In this document: piece by piece, positions 28,737-37,437 of the stretch
Position numbering within the stretch: the first letter of the stretch is position 1
Layout of the letters: every line of letters begins with the position of its first letter
DNA from: an uncultured Methanosarcinales archaeon
Lineage (GTDB): Archaea > Nanobdellota > Nanobdellia > Woesearchaeales > CALCXY01
Direction: 5' to 3'
Assembly: GCA_964385185.1 (NCBI GenBank)
Contig: CAYLOA010000010.1
Span: 1-37,437, forward strand
Length of the DNA: 37,437 nt
Translations under genes and position numbers: made by a program
Notes under the pieces: generated by a model
What the model saw: only the letters and a program-made list of their open reading frames with translations
Database searches by the model: none
Told to the model about the DNA's origin: nothing

Positions 28737-29647
28737 CAGTCTAATTTTGCTAATAATTTTGTAGACCAATCATGTCCAAATTTATGGTGTCCATAGAGTA
28801 TTAATCCTCCGTGTGCTGGTGGACAGAATTGATTTGGCTTAGCTTGGGAGAGGTAATCAAATAAAGGTCCCTCAGTTGAAGGGATGAAGGTAACATCTGC
28901 TACGTCTGGAGGGATTTCTTCTGGCTTTCTTTTGTCTATTCTGTCTTTTACTGTAGTTGAGTCAACGTTGATCCATGTTGATCCCATTAATCCTGGTTGA
29001 TTTGGAAATCTTTCCTGATCTCCTACAATTCCATAAAACTCCATCATTCTTAGGTCATGCTCTCTCTTATTTACCTGAATTTCCTCATTTAATTCACCTT
29101 GTTGATGACGTGCAACAGATTGCTTAGTTGTTTCTGGACATCCTCCTACACCATATTTCCTTCCACCATATACAGTTGTATCTCCTCGGACAGTTAAAAT
29201 GAATTGATCGTCAGAAGTAATAGGAAAGGTACAGATGGCCATTGGAGGAGTTGGTAACTCTATTGCAGCGAACCTATACGCTTGTTGGATTTTGTGATCT
29301 GTTAATGCAGCAAGATATGGATATGAAATTTTTCCTACCCACAACTATAATTTTCCTCCCCTATATTCAGTACTTCTCAAAGTTAAACCTTGACCTGGCC
29401 ATTTTTTTAATCGCTCTCCTTGATAGAGTGCATTCAAACCGGTTGTATCATTATAGGGCCTTATTGCTGTTTCTATTCCTGTTTCCTTTAATTCAGTCTG
29501 TAGAGCGAGTAACTGAGACTCCCAATGATTAGCCACAGCTCTATCAACACTTTCTGCTGAACGGGTGTATGCATCTCTCCACTCAATTTTATTTGCCATT
29601 ATGGGCGCATCAAATACTGATACAGCATTCCAATACTGCGTTTTCAT
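28733..29647 (-). pseudogene. NUDIX-fold (NUDT22-like) gene interrupted by one in-frame TAG at 29345-29347
   Basis: ORFs 29345-29647 and 28733-29344 are in the same frame and abut exactly: ...RGGKL*LWVGKISY...; no SD for the second part. Confidence 0.6.
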
Positions 29648-29691
29648 AGAAAAAAGGAGTTTATTGGTGTATTTAAAGATGTGGTAAATTA

Positions 29692-30063
29692 TTATTTTTG
29701 TTGATTTTTTGCGAAATATTGTTTGATTTCATGTTCTAAAACAATTCCTCTCGTAGGGGGATTAACTTTATCCTTTTGACTCGGTTCGTTCAATAAAAGT
29801 CTAGAACTTCCTTTTGCGACCCATTTCTCTACACTCATCGATTCGTGTGATCCTCGTGCCAGTTCCTTTAGAATTAATTTACCTTGTGGATCTACTCCTG
29901 TTACTTTAAAATAAGGAGGTACTCCAGCAATATAATCTTGAGGTTCTCCATATGAATTAGCACCTCTTGTCCGATGCTTCCTAGTCGTATGAATAGCATA
30001 AAAGTCACAGGGTTTTCCTTGTGTATTGTGTCTCATTGCATGAGGTAAGGCTATATAGTCCAT
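29692..30063 (-). CDS. Hypothetical protein
   Basis: 123-aa ORF with TTTAAAAA box about 25 nt upstream. Confidence 0.6.
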   Translation of the reverse strand: MDYIALPHAMRHNTQGKPCDFYAIHTTRKHRTRGANSYGEPQDYIAGVPPYFKVTGVDPQGKLILKELARGSHESMSVEKWVAKGSSRLLLNEPSQKDKVNPPTRGIVLEHEIKQYFAKNQQK

Positions 30064-30155
30064 AGTGTTTGGAACTTTCCTTACATTTTTAAACTTTTGT
30101 ATGGTCTGTACTCAACTCAACTTCCTAAATGTTTAAAAACATCAACTTGTTCTAG

Positions 30156-30875
30156 ATGTGTATGAGTGAAACTGATGAAGTTCCTGTGGATATTGAACCG
30201 AAGAATGAGACAGAGAATTTGCAAGTTAAATTTGCTGATAAAGGGAAAACTCTCAATATAACTATTCAAACTATTCAAGATTTAACTCGGACCGAATCTA
30301 CAAGGACTGAGTTGCAAACATTAGATAAGACATTCTTTGGTGATTTAGTGGGATACATCAATGAAAAGAAGGCATTGGTCAATGTTAAAGGAGGAGATGA
30401 CCTCTTTAGTTCTACTGAAAAAGAGAATACTAAACTTCAGCTTGATAATATTCAACATTTACTTGATAAGTTGTATGATAAAAGAGAACGGAAGATCATC
30501 AATATGGCTATTGATAAAAGTAGGGTAGGAGATACCTTGATTGATACTTCTATTATGTTAGAAGAAGAGAAAGAATTATTTGTCCAAGTGGGTGCTGTAT
30601 TAGAGAAATTTAGGCAAAATATTCTCTGGAATATTAAAGCAGGGAAATTGCCTACAGTAATTACTCAGGAAATGGAAACAGTTATTCCAGATGTTAAAAA
30701 ACAAGATGGACCTTTGATATTAGTTCGGTTCTTGTCTGCTGTGCCTAAATTCGTAGGTAAGAACTTGGAAACCATAGGACCTTTTGAAGAAGAAGACGTT
30801 GCTAACCTTTCTAAAGAGGTAGCAGATGTACTTATTTCTAAGGGAAGAGCTGAAAAGATTGATGAAGGTATGTAA
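30156..30875 (+). CDS. GINS complex protein (Gins51/15-like)
   Basis: Helical A domain (RERKII) plus B domain VRFLSAVPKFVG...GPFEEEDVANL; directly upstream of rpl44e as in many archaea. Confidence 0.85.
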   Translation: MCMSETDEVPVDIEPKNETENLQVKFADKGKTLNITIQTIQDLTRTESTRTELQTLDKTFFGDLVGYINEKKALVNVKGGDDLFSSTEKENTKLQLDNIQHLLDKLYDKRERKIINMAIDKSRVGDTLIDTSIMLEEEKELFVQVGAVLEKFRQNILWNIKAGKLPTVITQEMETVIPDVKKQDGPLILVRFLSAVPKFVGKNLETIGPFEEEDVANLSKEVADVLISKGRAEKIDEGM

Positions 30876-30913
30876 GCATAACATTTATAAAGAGTTTAGG
30901 ACTTCTATAAGCT

Positions 30914-31225
30914 ATGAAAATACCTAAAATCATGAAGAGATTGTGTCCTAAGTGTAGAAAGCACACTGAGCAAAAGGTAACACAAGCTAAGAATAGAACA
31001 CCTGGATCCGCACGACCTATGGGACGATATTCTAAAGCTAGAACAGGCTTTGGTAAAGGACATGGAAATCTAGGAAGATATGGTTCTAAACCTCCTGTTG
31101 GACGATGGAAGATGACAGGTGCTAAAGGTTCTAAAAAGATGGATTTACGATACGAATGTAAAGAATGTAAGAAAATCTCTGTTCAAAAGAAAGGTAAAAG
31201 AGCAAAGAAAGTTGAATTTAAGTAA
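30914..31225 (+). CDS. rpl44e: 50S ribosomal protein L44e
   Basis: MKIPK..KRLCPKCRKHT...SKKMDLRYECKECKK. Confidence 0.95.
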   Translation: MKIPKIMKRLCPKCRKHTEQKVTQAKNRTPGSARPMGRYSKARTGFGKGHGNLGRYGSKPPVGRWKMTGAKGSKKMDLRYECKECKKISVQKKGKRAKKVEFK

Positions 31226-31270
31226 TTCTATAGACATAAATTTATATTCTTGAAGTGATTAACAACTTTT

Positions 31271-32050
31271 ATGAGTAGTTTAGGATTTGTTACAGAAGTG
31301 GCTAGAGGAGCTGCATTAATTACGCAGAGAGATTTTGCATCTGGAGATTATACAATTGAATGTGTGGATGGAAAGAATGTCACCTCTACTGAATTAGAGA
31401 TTGCTAAAATGGTTGAAGATCAGGTTGGCTTATCAAAATGTCACAAGGCTGACATATTAAATGAAGATACTTCGAATACTCCTTTAGAGGGTTCTTATTG
31501 GATTGTAGATAATATTGACGGGACTGAAAACTTTGTACATGGTCTTACACCATTCAGTTTTGCTATGGCTAAAATTGAAAATAAAGTTACTAAAGCTGCT
31601 GCAGTATATGATCCTATACGTGATCATTTATACGTTGCTTGTAATGAAAGCAATGCTCAGTTGAATGGAAAAGATATTCATGTTTCAGATACGACTCAAT
31701 TAGATAATGCTGTAATTGGATTTGATACACTAATGAGTACTGAAGAAGCTCGGAAACGAGGGGTAGAAGCATTTGGTGCCCTAGTTTGTGCTGAAGTGAG
31801 TGTGAGAAAATATAATTCTGCAGCTTTGGATATATGTAAAGTTGCTGCAGGAAATTTGGATGGTTATGTCTGTCCTAACAAAGGTTATTTTTCTCCTTGG
31901 GACTTTATTGCTGCTGGATATATCTTAGAGAGAGCTGGTGGGAAGTTAACAAATTTTCAAGATACATGGAAAGGTGTAGAATTAGAAGATAGATTGGCTA
32001 GTAATGGTGTTTTACATGATGAATTATTAGAAGTGGTTAAAGTAATTTAA
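31271..32050 (+). CDS. Inositol monophosphatase family protein
   Basis: WIVDNIDGTENF, SAALDICKVAAG, PWDFIAAG. Confidence 0.88.
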   Translation: MSSLGFVTEVARGAALITQRDFASGDYTIECVDGKNVTSTELEIAKMVEDQVGLSKCHKADILNEDTSNTPLEGSYWIVDNIDGTENFVHGLTPFSFAMAKIENKVTKAAAVYDPIRDHLYVACNESNAQLNGKDIHVSDTTQLDNAVIGFDTLMSTEEARKRGVEAFGALVCAEVSVRKYNSAALDICKVAAGNLDGYVCPNKGYFSPWDFIAAGYILERAGGKLTNFQDTWKGVELEDRLASNGVLHDELLEVVKVI

Positions 32051-32754
32051 TCCAAATGAATACTATGTTCTATGGTGCCTACGATTAAAGCAACGATTGC
32101 TAACATAATAAATGCAGAAAGTCCTGTTGGTGTGAATAACATTCTTCGAAAAGGATCAGCTGAGAAGGTAACTCTTCCAGAAGGAGGTTGGTAATTAAAA
32201 TTGTCTATTTGTACAACTCCTCCTGTGATTGCATCTCTATTTAATAAAATATCATCAATGGATTCAAACTTTTGAACAACTTTATCGGGATCACCTACGG
32301 TGATAAATCCCCTAGCACCATAGATAGCTTCTTGACAAAGATATTCTCCATCTTCTGTGAATGTGAATGAGAATGATTCTCCTGGGAAGAAGTTTTCTGA
32401 TTTCAGGAATCTGTTTGGTCCTCTGTAACAAGCAATTAAAAACATTTTAGAATCGTCCGCATGAGTCCAAGTTACTTTAGTTCCTTTTTCGATGGTAATA
32501 TCGGGTTGATCATATTTTCCCCAGTAGGTGTTGATATTGATGTCTGTTGAAACAGGTTCTAATTGTGTTGGCTCTGTTTCAACTTCAGTTGGTTCTACTG
32601 GTTCTTCAATAGCTACTAATGGTTTTGGATATTCTTTATTCATCGTTTCTTCTGAAGCTGGTAAGCTTATGAAAATCATAATTGCTGCTATAACTACAGC
32701 CAAAATAACAAAATGGAATTTAGAAGCGTGATGAGGCTTTTGAATAGTAGGCAT
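32047..32754 (-). CDS. Membrane-anchored cupredoxin-fold protein
   Basis: N- and C-terminal TM; ITIEKGTKVTWT...PGESFSFTFTEDGEYLC. Confidence 0.75.
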   Translation of the reverse strand: MPTIQKPHHASKFHFVILAVVIAAIMIFISLPASEETMNKEYPKPLVAIEEPVEPTEVETEPTQLEPVSTDININTYWGKYDQPDITIEKGTKVTWTHADDSKMFLIACYRGPNRFLKSENFFPGESFSFTFTEDGEYLCQEAIYGARGFITVGDPDKVVQKFESIDDILLNRDAITGGVVQIDNFNYQPPSGRVTFSADPFRRMLFTPTGLSAFIMLAIVALIVGTIEHSIHLD

Positions 32755-32823
32755 AAGTCTATTTTGAGATTAAGTGTATATAAAGTTTTGGATTAAGTTT
32801 TGTGAATAGGTAAATAGTGTTGT

Positions 32824-32971
32824 AGACAGCACCACCACCGGCACCCACAGGGTGCAGTGGTGCTGTCTGATACAATGCCCACTGGGCGTTGCCCTTACAT
32901 TTCCAGCTACTGGTCTGGAAATGTAGATGGGCTGGCTCACTGTGTGAGCCTGCAAGCTCAGTGGGATTGTA
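32824..32971 (+). ncRNA. Unrecognised structured element, copy C (extended, multibranch)
   Basis: AGACAGCACCAC-CACCG-GCACCC-ACA-GGGTGC-A-GTGGTGCTGTCT; enclosing stem 32871-32892/32952-32971 around TACATTTCCAG/CTGGAAATGTA and GGCTGGCTCAC-TGT-GTGAGCC. Confidence 0.7.
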
Positions 32972-33043
32972 GTAAAATTAATGGTAAAATGCAAAAGAAC
33001 TATGTAGAAACATTTATAAAGCCCCTAACACTCCACAACTATT

Positions 33044-33223
33044 ATGAAAGAAGAACCAGACAGCAAATTTATCAAAGTACGTTGTCCAAAATGCAAAAAC
33101 GAACAGATCCTCTACGGAAAGGTTTCTACCCAAGTGAAATGTCTTGTCTGTGAAGAGCTCCTAGCAGAGCCAACTGGCGGAAAAAGCAAGGTCAAGGGCA
33201 GAGTCTTAGAGGTTTTAGAGTAA
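33044..33223 (+). CDS. rps27e: 30S ribosomal protein S27e (not in ORF track)
   Basis: PDSKFIKVRCPKCKNEQILYGKVSTQVKCLVCEELLAEPTGGKS; TAATG overlap with the aIF-2 alpha gene. Confidence 0.96.
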   Translation: MKEEPDSKFIKVRCPKCKNEQILYGKVSTQVKCLVCEELLAEPTGGKSKVKGRVLEVLE

Positions 33224-34002
33224 TGCTATTACAAAAACAGGGATTCCCTGAAGAGGATGATATGTTGTTGTGTACTGTCACGGCAGTGCATCACCATTCT
33301 GTTTTTGTAAAATTGGAAGAGTACGGTAAGAGCGGTTTAATCCACATTTCTGAAGTGAGTCCGGGAAGGATTCGTAATATTAGAGATTATGTAAAAGAAG
33401 GAAAAGTAATAGTTTGTAAAGTTCTTCGAATCAATAAAGATAGAGGTCATATCGATCTGAGTCTTCGTAGGGTAAATGAAGGTCAACGAAGAAATAAGAT
33501 GGAAGAGATCAAGAAAGAACAGTTTGCTGAGAAAGTGATCCAAGGTGTTGCAAAACAATTCAATGTGAATGGTGAGCAACTCTATAAAAAAATCTACGAA
33601 GTTATTAGCAATGAATATGATTTAGTCTATCCTTATCTAGAATCTTTATCTGAAGGGTCTGAAGATGTAGCTAAACTTGATTTAGATGATCAAATTGCAA
33701 AATCATTAGTGGAAACTGTGGCTGATAAAATCAAGCCTGAAGTAATCCATATCCAAGGACGGTTTACCCTGCGAAGTTATGCAGAAGATGGTCTTCAACG
33801 AATCCAAAGCACTTTAGTTGCTGCAGAGAAAACTTGTAAAGATGCTGCTATCACCTATGAAGGTGCAGGAAACTACAAAGTAAGAGTTGAATCTACTGAT
33901 TTTAAAGATGCAGAAAAGAAATTAAGTAAAATAGTTGATCAAGTTACTCAGGTGTTTGAAAAGAATAATGATTTTGCACAGTTTGCAAGGGTGGAAGAAT
34001 AA
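33223..34002 (+). CDS. eif2a: Translation initiation factor aIF-2 alpha
   Basis: S1 domain GLIHISEVSPGRIRNIRDYV..IDLSLRRV; conserved operon position. Confidence 0.95.
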   Translation: MLLQKQGFPEEDDMLLCTVTAVHHHSVFVKLEEYGKSGLIHISEVSPGRIRNIRDYVKEGKVIVCKVLRINKDRGHIDLSLRRVNEGQRRNKMEEIKKEQFAEKVIQGVAKQFNVNGEQLYKKIYEVISNEYDLVYPYLESLSEGSEDVAKLDLDDQIAKSLVETVADKIKPEVIHIQGRFTLRSYAEDGLQRIQSTLVAAEKTCKDAAITYEGAGNYKVRVESTDFKDAEKKLSKIVDQVTQVFEKNNDFAQFARVEE

Positions 34003-34057
34003 TGAAATTATCTCGATCTTCGATCTCGAAACTTCATTCTGTTGAGGTATCAACAGA

Positions 34058-34228
34058 ATGAAACATATAATGCAATGCACAAAGTGTGAATCATATACTA
34101 TGGAAGAGACTCATTGTGACGTTAAAGTGAAAGGTGTTAAGCCTGCTAAATATTCACCAGAAGATAAATACGGAAAATATAGAAGAGAAGTATTAGGACC
34201 AGAACGAAAGGAGCAAGGATTACTATGA
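34058..34228 (+). CDS. nop10: H/ACA RNP protein Nop10 (not in ORF track)
   Basis: MKHIMQCTKCESYTM...PAKYSPEDKYGKYRR; ATGA overlap with the next gene. Confidence 0.93.
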   Translation: MKHIMQCTKCESYTMEETHCDVKVKGVKPAKYSPEDKYGKYRREVLGPERKEQGLL

Positions 34229-35007
34229 ACAGCTGGAAAACATTAAAGAATGGAAAGACTCCTGTATTTAAGAATCCTGTTTTGTTAGAAGGTCTTCCTG
34301 GTATTGGAAACGTTGGGAAAGTTGCTGTTGATTTTCTTGTTGATGAATTAAGCGCTAAGAAGATTGCAACGTTTACTTCAAACAGTTTACCTAATTCAGT
34401 TTTTGTGAATGAAAAAAATTTAGTTGAGATGCCTGTTATTGAATTATATCATAAAAAAGGAAAGAATCAAGATATCTTATTTTTAGTAGGAGATGTCCAA
34501 CCTATCGACGAGCCGAGTTGTTTTATGTTTTGTAAAGAAGTGTTGCAAGTGTTTGCACAATACGGTGGAAAAGAAATTATCACCTTAGGTGGAATTGGAC
34601 TACAAGATATTCCTAAAACTCCTAAAATTTACTGTACTGGAAATTCTAAAAAAATAATTACTAAATTTAAAGATGGGACAAAATTAAGTGATAAATTATA
34701 TGGAGTTGTTGGACCTATCGTAGGTGTTAGTGGATTGTTAACAGGTATGGCTAAAGAGAAAAAAATAGATGCTATTTGTTTGTTGGCTGAGACGTATGGA
34801 CATCCTATGTATCTGGGAGTAAAAGGCGCTCGTGAGATTTTAAAAATCATTACTAAAAAATTAGGATTACAGATAAGCCTTGCTGAATTAGAAAAAGAGA
34901 TTGAAGAGATTGAGTTGAGCGGGATTAACAAACAGGCTGAAACTGCTGTTAAAGGGCAAGCTGGTGTTATCCAAAAAGGTATGCAAGAACAGAATTACAT
35001 AGGTTAA
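34225..35007 (+). CDS. PAC2 family proteasome assembly chaperone
   Basis: LLEGLPGIGNVGKVAVD, GDVQP, IITLGG, GPIVGVSGLL; usual neighbour of nop10. Confidence 0.9.
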   Translation: MNSWKTLKNGKTPVFKNPVLLEGLPGIGNVGKVAVDFLVDELSAKKIATFTSNSLPNSVFVNEKNLVEMPVIELYHKKGKNQDILFLVGDVQPIDEPSCFMFCKEVLQVFAQYGGKEIITLGGIGLQDIPKTPKIYCTGNSKKIITKFKDGTKLSDKLYGVVGPIVGVSGLLTGMAKEKKIDAICLLAETYGHPMYLGVKGAREILKIITKKLGLQISLAELEKEIEEIELSGINKQAETAVKGQAGVIQKGMQEQNYIG

Positions 35008-35050
35008 GATAGAAATATTTATATATCATTATTCTCAGAAAGTGGTTGGG

Positions 35051-37437
35051 ATGGTAAAAAAGTATTTTTTAGTATTATTTTTGGTTCTAGTTTTTATTGG
35101 ATGTGCATCTAACGGAGCATTACCTCCAACACCAGGCGATCCAGGAGTGAGTCAATCTTCTACCGGCGGCCTGATTGGGTTTGCATTTAGAAATTTAAAC
35201 TTTAATGAGAAGTCATTAGAACAGTTTAGTCCACCTATTGATCCATTTGATAATGACAGAATTATTTATTCTATTTTCGATGAGATTGTTATAGTTGAAG
35301 AAGATGAAAATGTAAGACAATATGCTACTTTTGGTCTTGATGCACTTTCAGAATTTAGTATTGTTCAAGATAATGAAGCCATAGAAAAATCTGCTGATTT
35401 ACCTATTGAGGTACCTATTCCTTCAATTCCTGAACCTGTTGGCAATAGTCCTTTTCAACTTGTTGATGCCTATCACCCTGGAGGATATATATGGGGAACT
35501 GCATTTTATCTAAATTATGAAACGTTTAGATGGGAGAAGATTAATCTGAATGGTAACCGTGTTGGAAATACAAATTGGATTGAAGAATCAAGCAATGGAG
35601 AATATCGTTTACCTGCGGAAACACTCCAAGAAGGAGAAAATTTTATTATTGCTTATAGTTGTAAAAAATATGATGATGAATGGAAATGTGGTTGTAAAGA
35701 TACAGGAGATTCATGTAATAGATGGATGCTACAATCTTTTAATGTTATTAAAAAAGAGTTACCTCCTGGACCTAATGACCCTCCTGAGTTTGCTGATAAT
35801 AGGATAATTACAGAGGATATACGTGGATGGGAGTATGAAGATTCCGATACAGACGACGATTGTATCTCTGACCTTATGCCTGATTGTAAAATAAGTGTGG
35901 GCCTATATGATCATAGTGATTTGGATGGAAATGCTATTGTGGCATTTGGTAACGGTAAGGAAGGGGCTACAAATACTGAAATTATTGATGAGTTTACAAG
36001 AGTATATGAAGAGTATGGTCTTTCAGATTTCTTTGGTGTATTTCCTGTATCTATTGATGACCACCAACTCTACAGAATGGTGAGTCCAGACACAGGAAGG
36101 GAAGTTATTGAATTTTATCTGTGGCATAGTGGGACTAATTATATAGCAGTTGGGGCAGGATATGAAGATAAGTATGGGGATCAGGAGCATTTTGCAACAT
36201 TATTCCTTGCTGCTGAGTACCTGAAAAAATTTCCATCTGATTTAGAACATGAGTATATTGCTACTTGTTATGATAGGAATAGGGTGCAATATTATAGGGG
36301 AGATGAAGATACTAATCGAGAATATATTCCTGGTACTGTAGAGGGCAACCATATTCTGGAGAGGAATGGGGAAGTTATCGATTTCCAACATATTTCGAAG
36401 TTTGACGATTATTGTGATTCTGATCAAGAATTGTACGATCAAGCATGTTCAGGATCACTAAAAGTTGAAAATACTTATGGATGTGATTGTGTCAATGGGT
36501 ATTGTATCCATCCATTAGTTGTCCAGGAGATAGAAGGAGCAAAACTTGTAAGTATAGGTCAAGACAACGATATTTATCTTCCAAATAATGATCCCGTTGA
36601 TGGGTATTGGGCAAACTATAGACAAGATGTTCATTTTAGTGAAAATGGTGATGTTCAGACTTTGATTCAAAAACATGAGAAGGAGATTACAAGTTCTGAG
36701 TTTCAGGAATTTATGGAAAATGAATTTGATGATTTTTCAATAGAGACTAATCAAGGAAACAGTTTCTACGTTGTAGATATAAGAAATGATATAATATTGT
36801 TATGGTATTCAGGCGATGTGGCAATTGCAATTGTTACTCAAGAAATTGGAAGTGATGATACATTTGAAGCTGTTATTGAAAGCTATGTAGATAGATATCC
36901 TAGTGATGTTGAAGGTGGAGATAATGAGCTTAAAGATATTTGTGAAAATGTAGTTCCTGTTGAGGAGAGAGATCGGTGTTATATTGAGGGTGTTCTTAAT
37001 GGTGATTATAAACAGTGTCAAAAGATTGAGAATCCTAATTTGAAGGAAAATTGTCAAGCTATTCTTGTGGACAATTGTGGAAGAATAAATGATCCTAAGG
37101 AGAGAGATAGTTGTTTTATGGAGCTGATTGTTAATGGAGATTTTAGTGAGTGTCAAGTGATTGAGAATCCTTATATGAAGGAAAATTGTCAAGATATTCT
37201 TGCAAAAAATTGTGGAGAAATATATGATCCTAAGGAGAGAGATAGTTGTTTTATGGAGCTGATTGTTAATGGAGATTTNNNNNNNNNNNNNNNNNNNNNN
37301 NNNNNNNNNNNNNNNNNNNNNNNNNNNNNNNNNNNNNNNNNNNNNNNNNNNNNNNNNNNNNNNNNNNNNNNNNNNNNNTAGTGAGTGTCAAGTGATTGAG
37401 AATCCTAATATGAAGGAGGATTGTCAATATATTCTTG
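35051..37437 (+). CDS. Large acidic Cys-rich putative lipoprotein with 45-aa C-terminal repeats (partial; spans gap 37279-37378)
   Basis: MVKKYFLVLFLVLVFIG-C signal; repeat sequence resumes after the N gap. Confidence 0.8.
36965..37437 (+). repeat. 135-bp coding tandem repeat (at least 3 units)
   Basis: GATCCTAAGGAGAGAGATAGTTG at 37091 and 37226; unit ERDSCFMELIVNGDFSECQVIENPYMKENCQDILAKNCGEIYDPK. Confidence 0.9.

Noticed and set aside
13395..32971. CRISPR array, IS element or integron attC interpretation of elements A-C
   Set aside because: No regularly spaced repeats, no transposase or integrase in the window, no target-site duplications seen, and GTTRRRY occurs in only one copy.
32857..33153. 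98-aa plus ORF (and 32770-32994 minus ORF) over element C
   Set aside because: They overlap the structured element, and the plus ORF overlaps rps27e out of frame; no SD or promoter fit and atypical composition.
288..37192. Many short antisense or nested ORFs in the track
   Set aside because: Shadow ORFs inside well-supported genes.
37379..37381. Apparent stop codon of the large lipoprotein
   Set aside because: Frame is lost across the N gap; the repeat sequence continues afterwards.

Overview
AT-rich archaeal chromosomal segment, most consistent with a DPANN lineage (Woesearchaeota-like). The taxon is inferred from archaeal information genes, mostly leaderless genes with TTTATA-type boxes about 25 nt upstream, bacterial-type additions such as lspA, and many orphan ORFs. 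It carries carA-carB, a 7TM + wHTH pair, a RelBE-type toxin-antitoxin pair, argS, rps17e-alba-tRNA-Arg-aIF1A, lspA, psd plus a two-domain CDP-alcohol phosphotransferase, a Ski2/HelY helicase, rps8e, Sm-rpl37e, a two-intron tRNA-Leu(TAG), an S-layer gene, and the gins-rpl44e-[insert]-rps27e-aIF2a-nop10-PAC2 cluster. Two 100-N assembly gaps are present. The main finding is a dispersed, GC-rich structured non-coding element in three divergent copies (13395-13523 minus, 22205-22320 plus, 32824-32971 plus). Each copy has a long hairpin with a YACYG/A internal loop and C-ACA-G apex, then a variable hairpin, then an RGYTGG-N4-C-TGW-G-N4'-CC hairpin, with many compensatory base-pair changes. I do not recognise it as a known RNA family, but no database search was possible.
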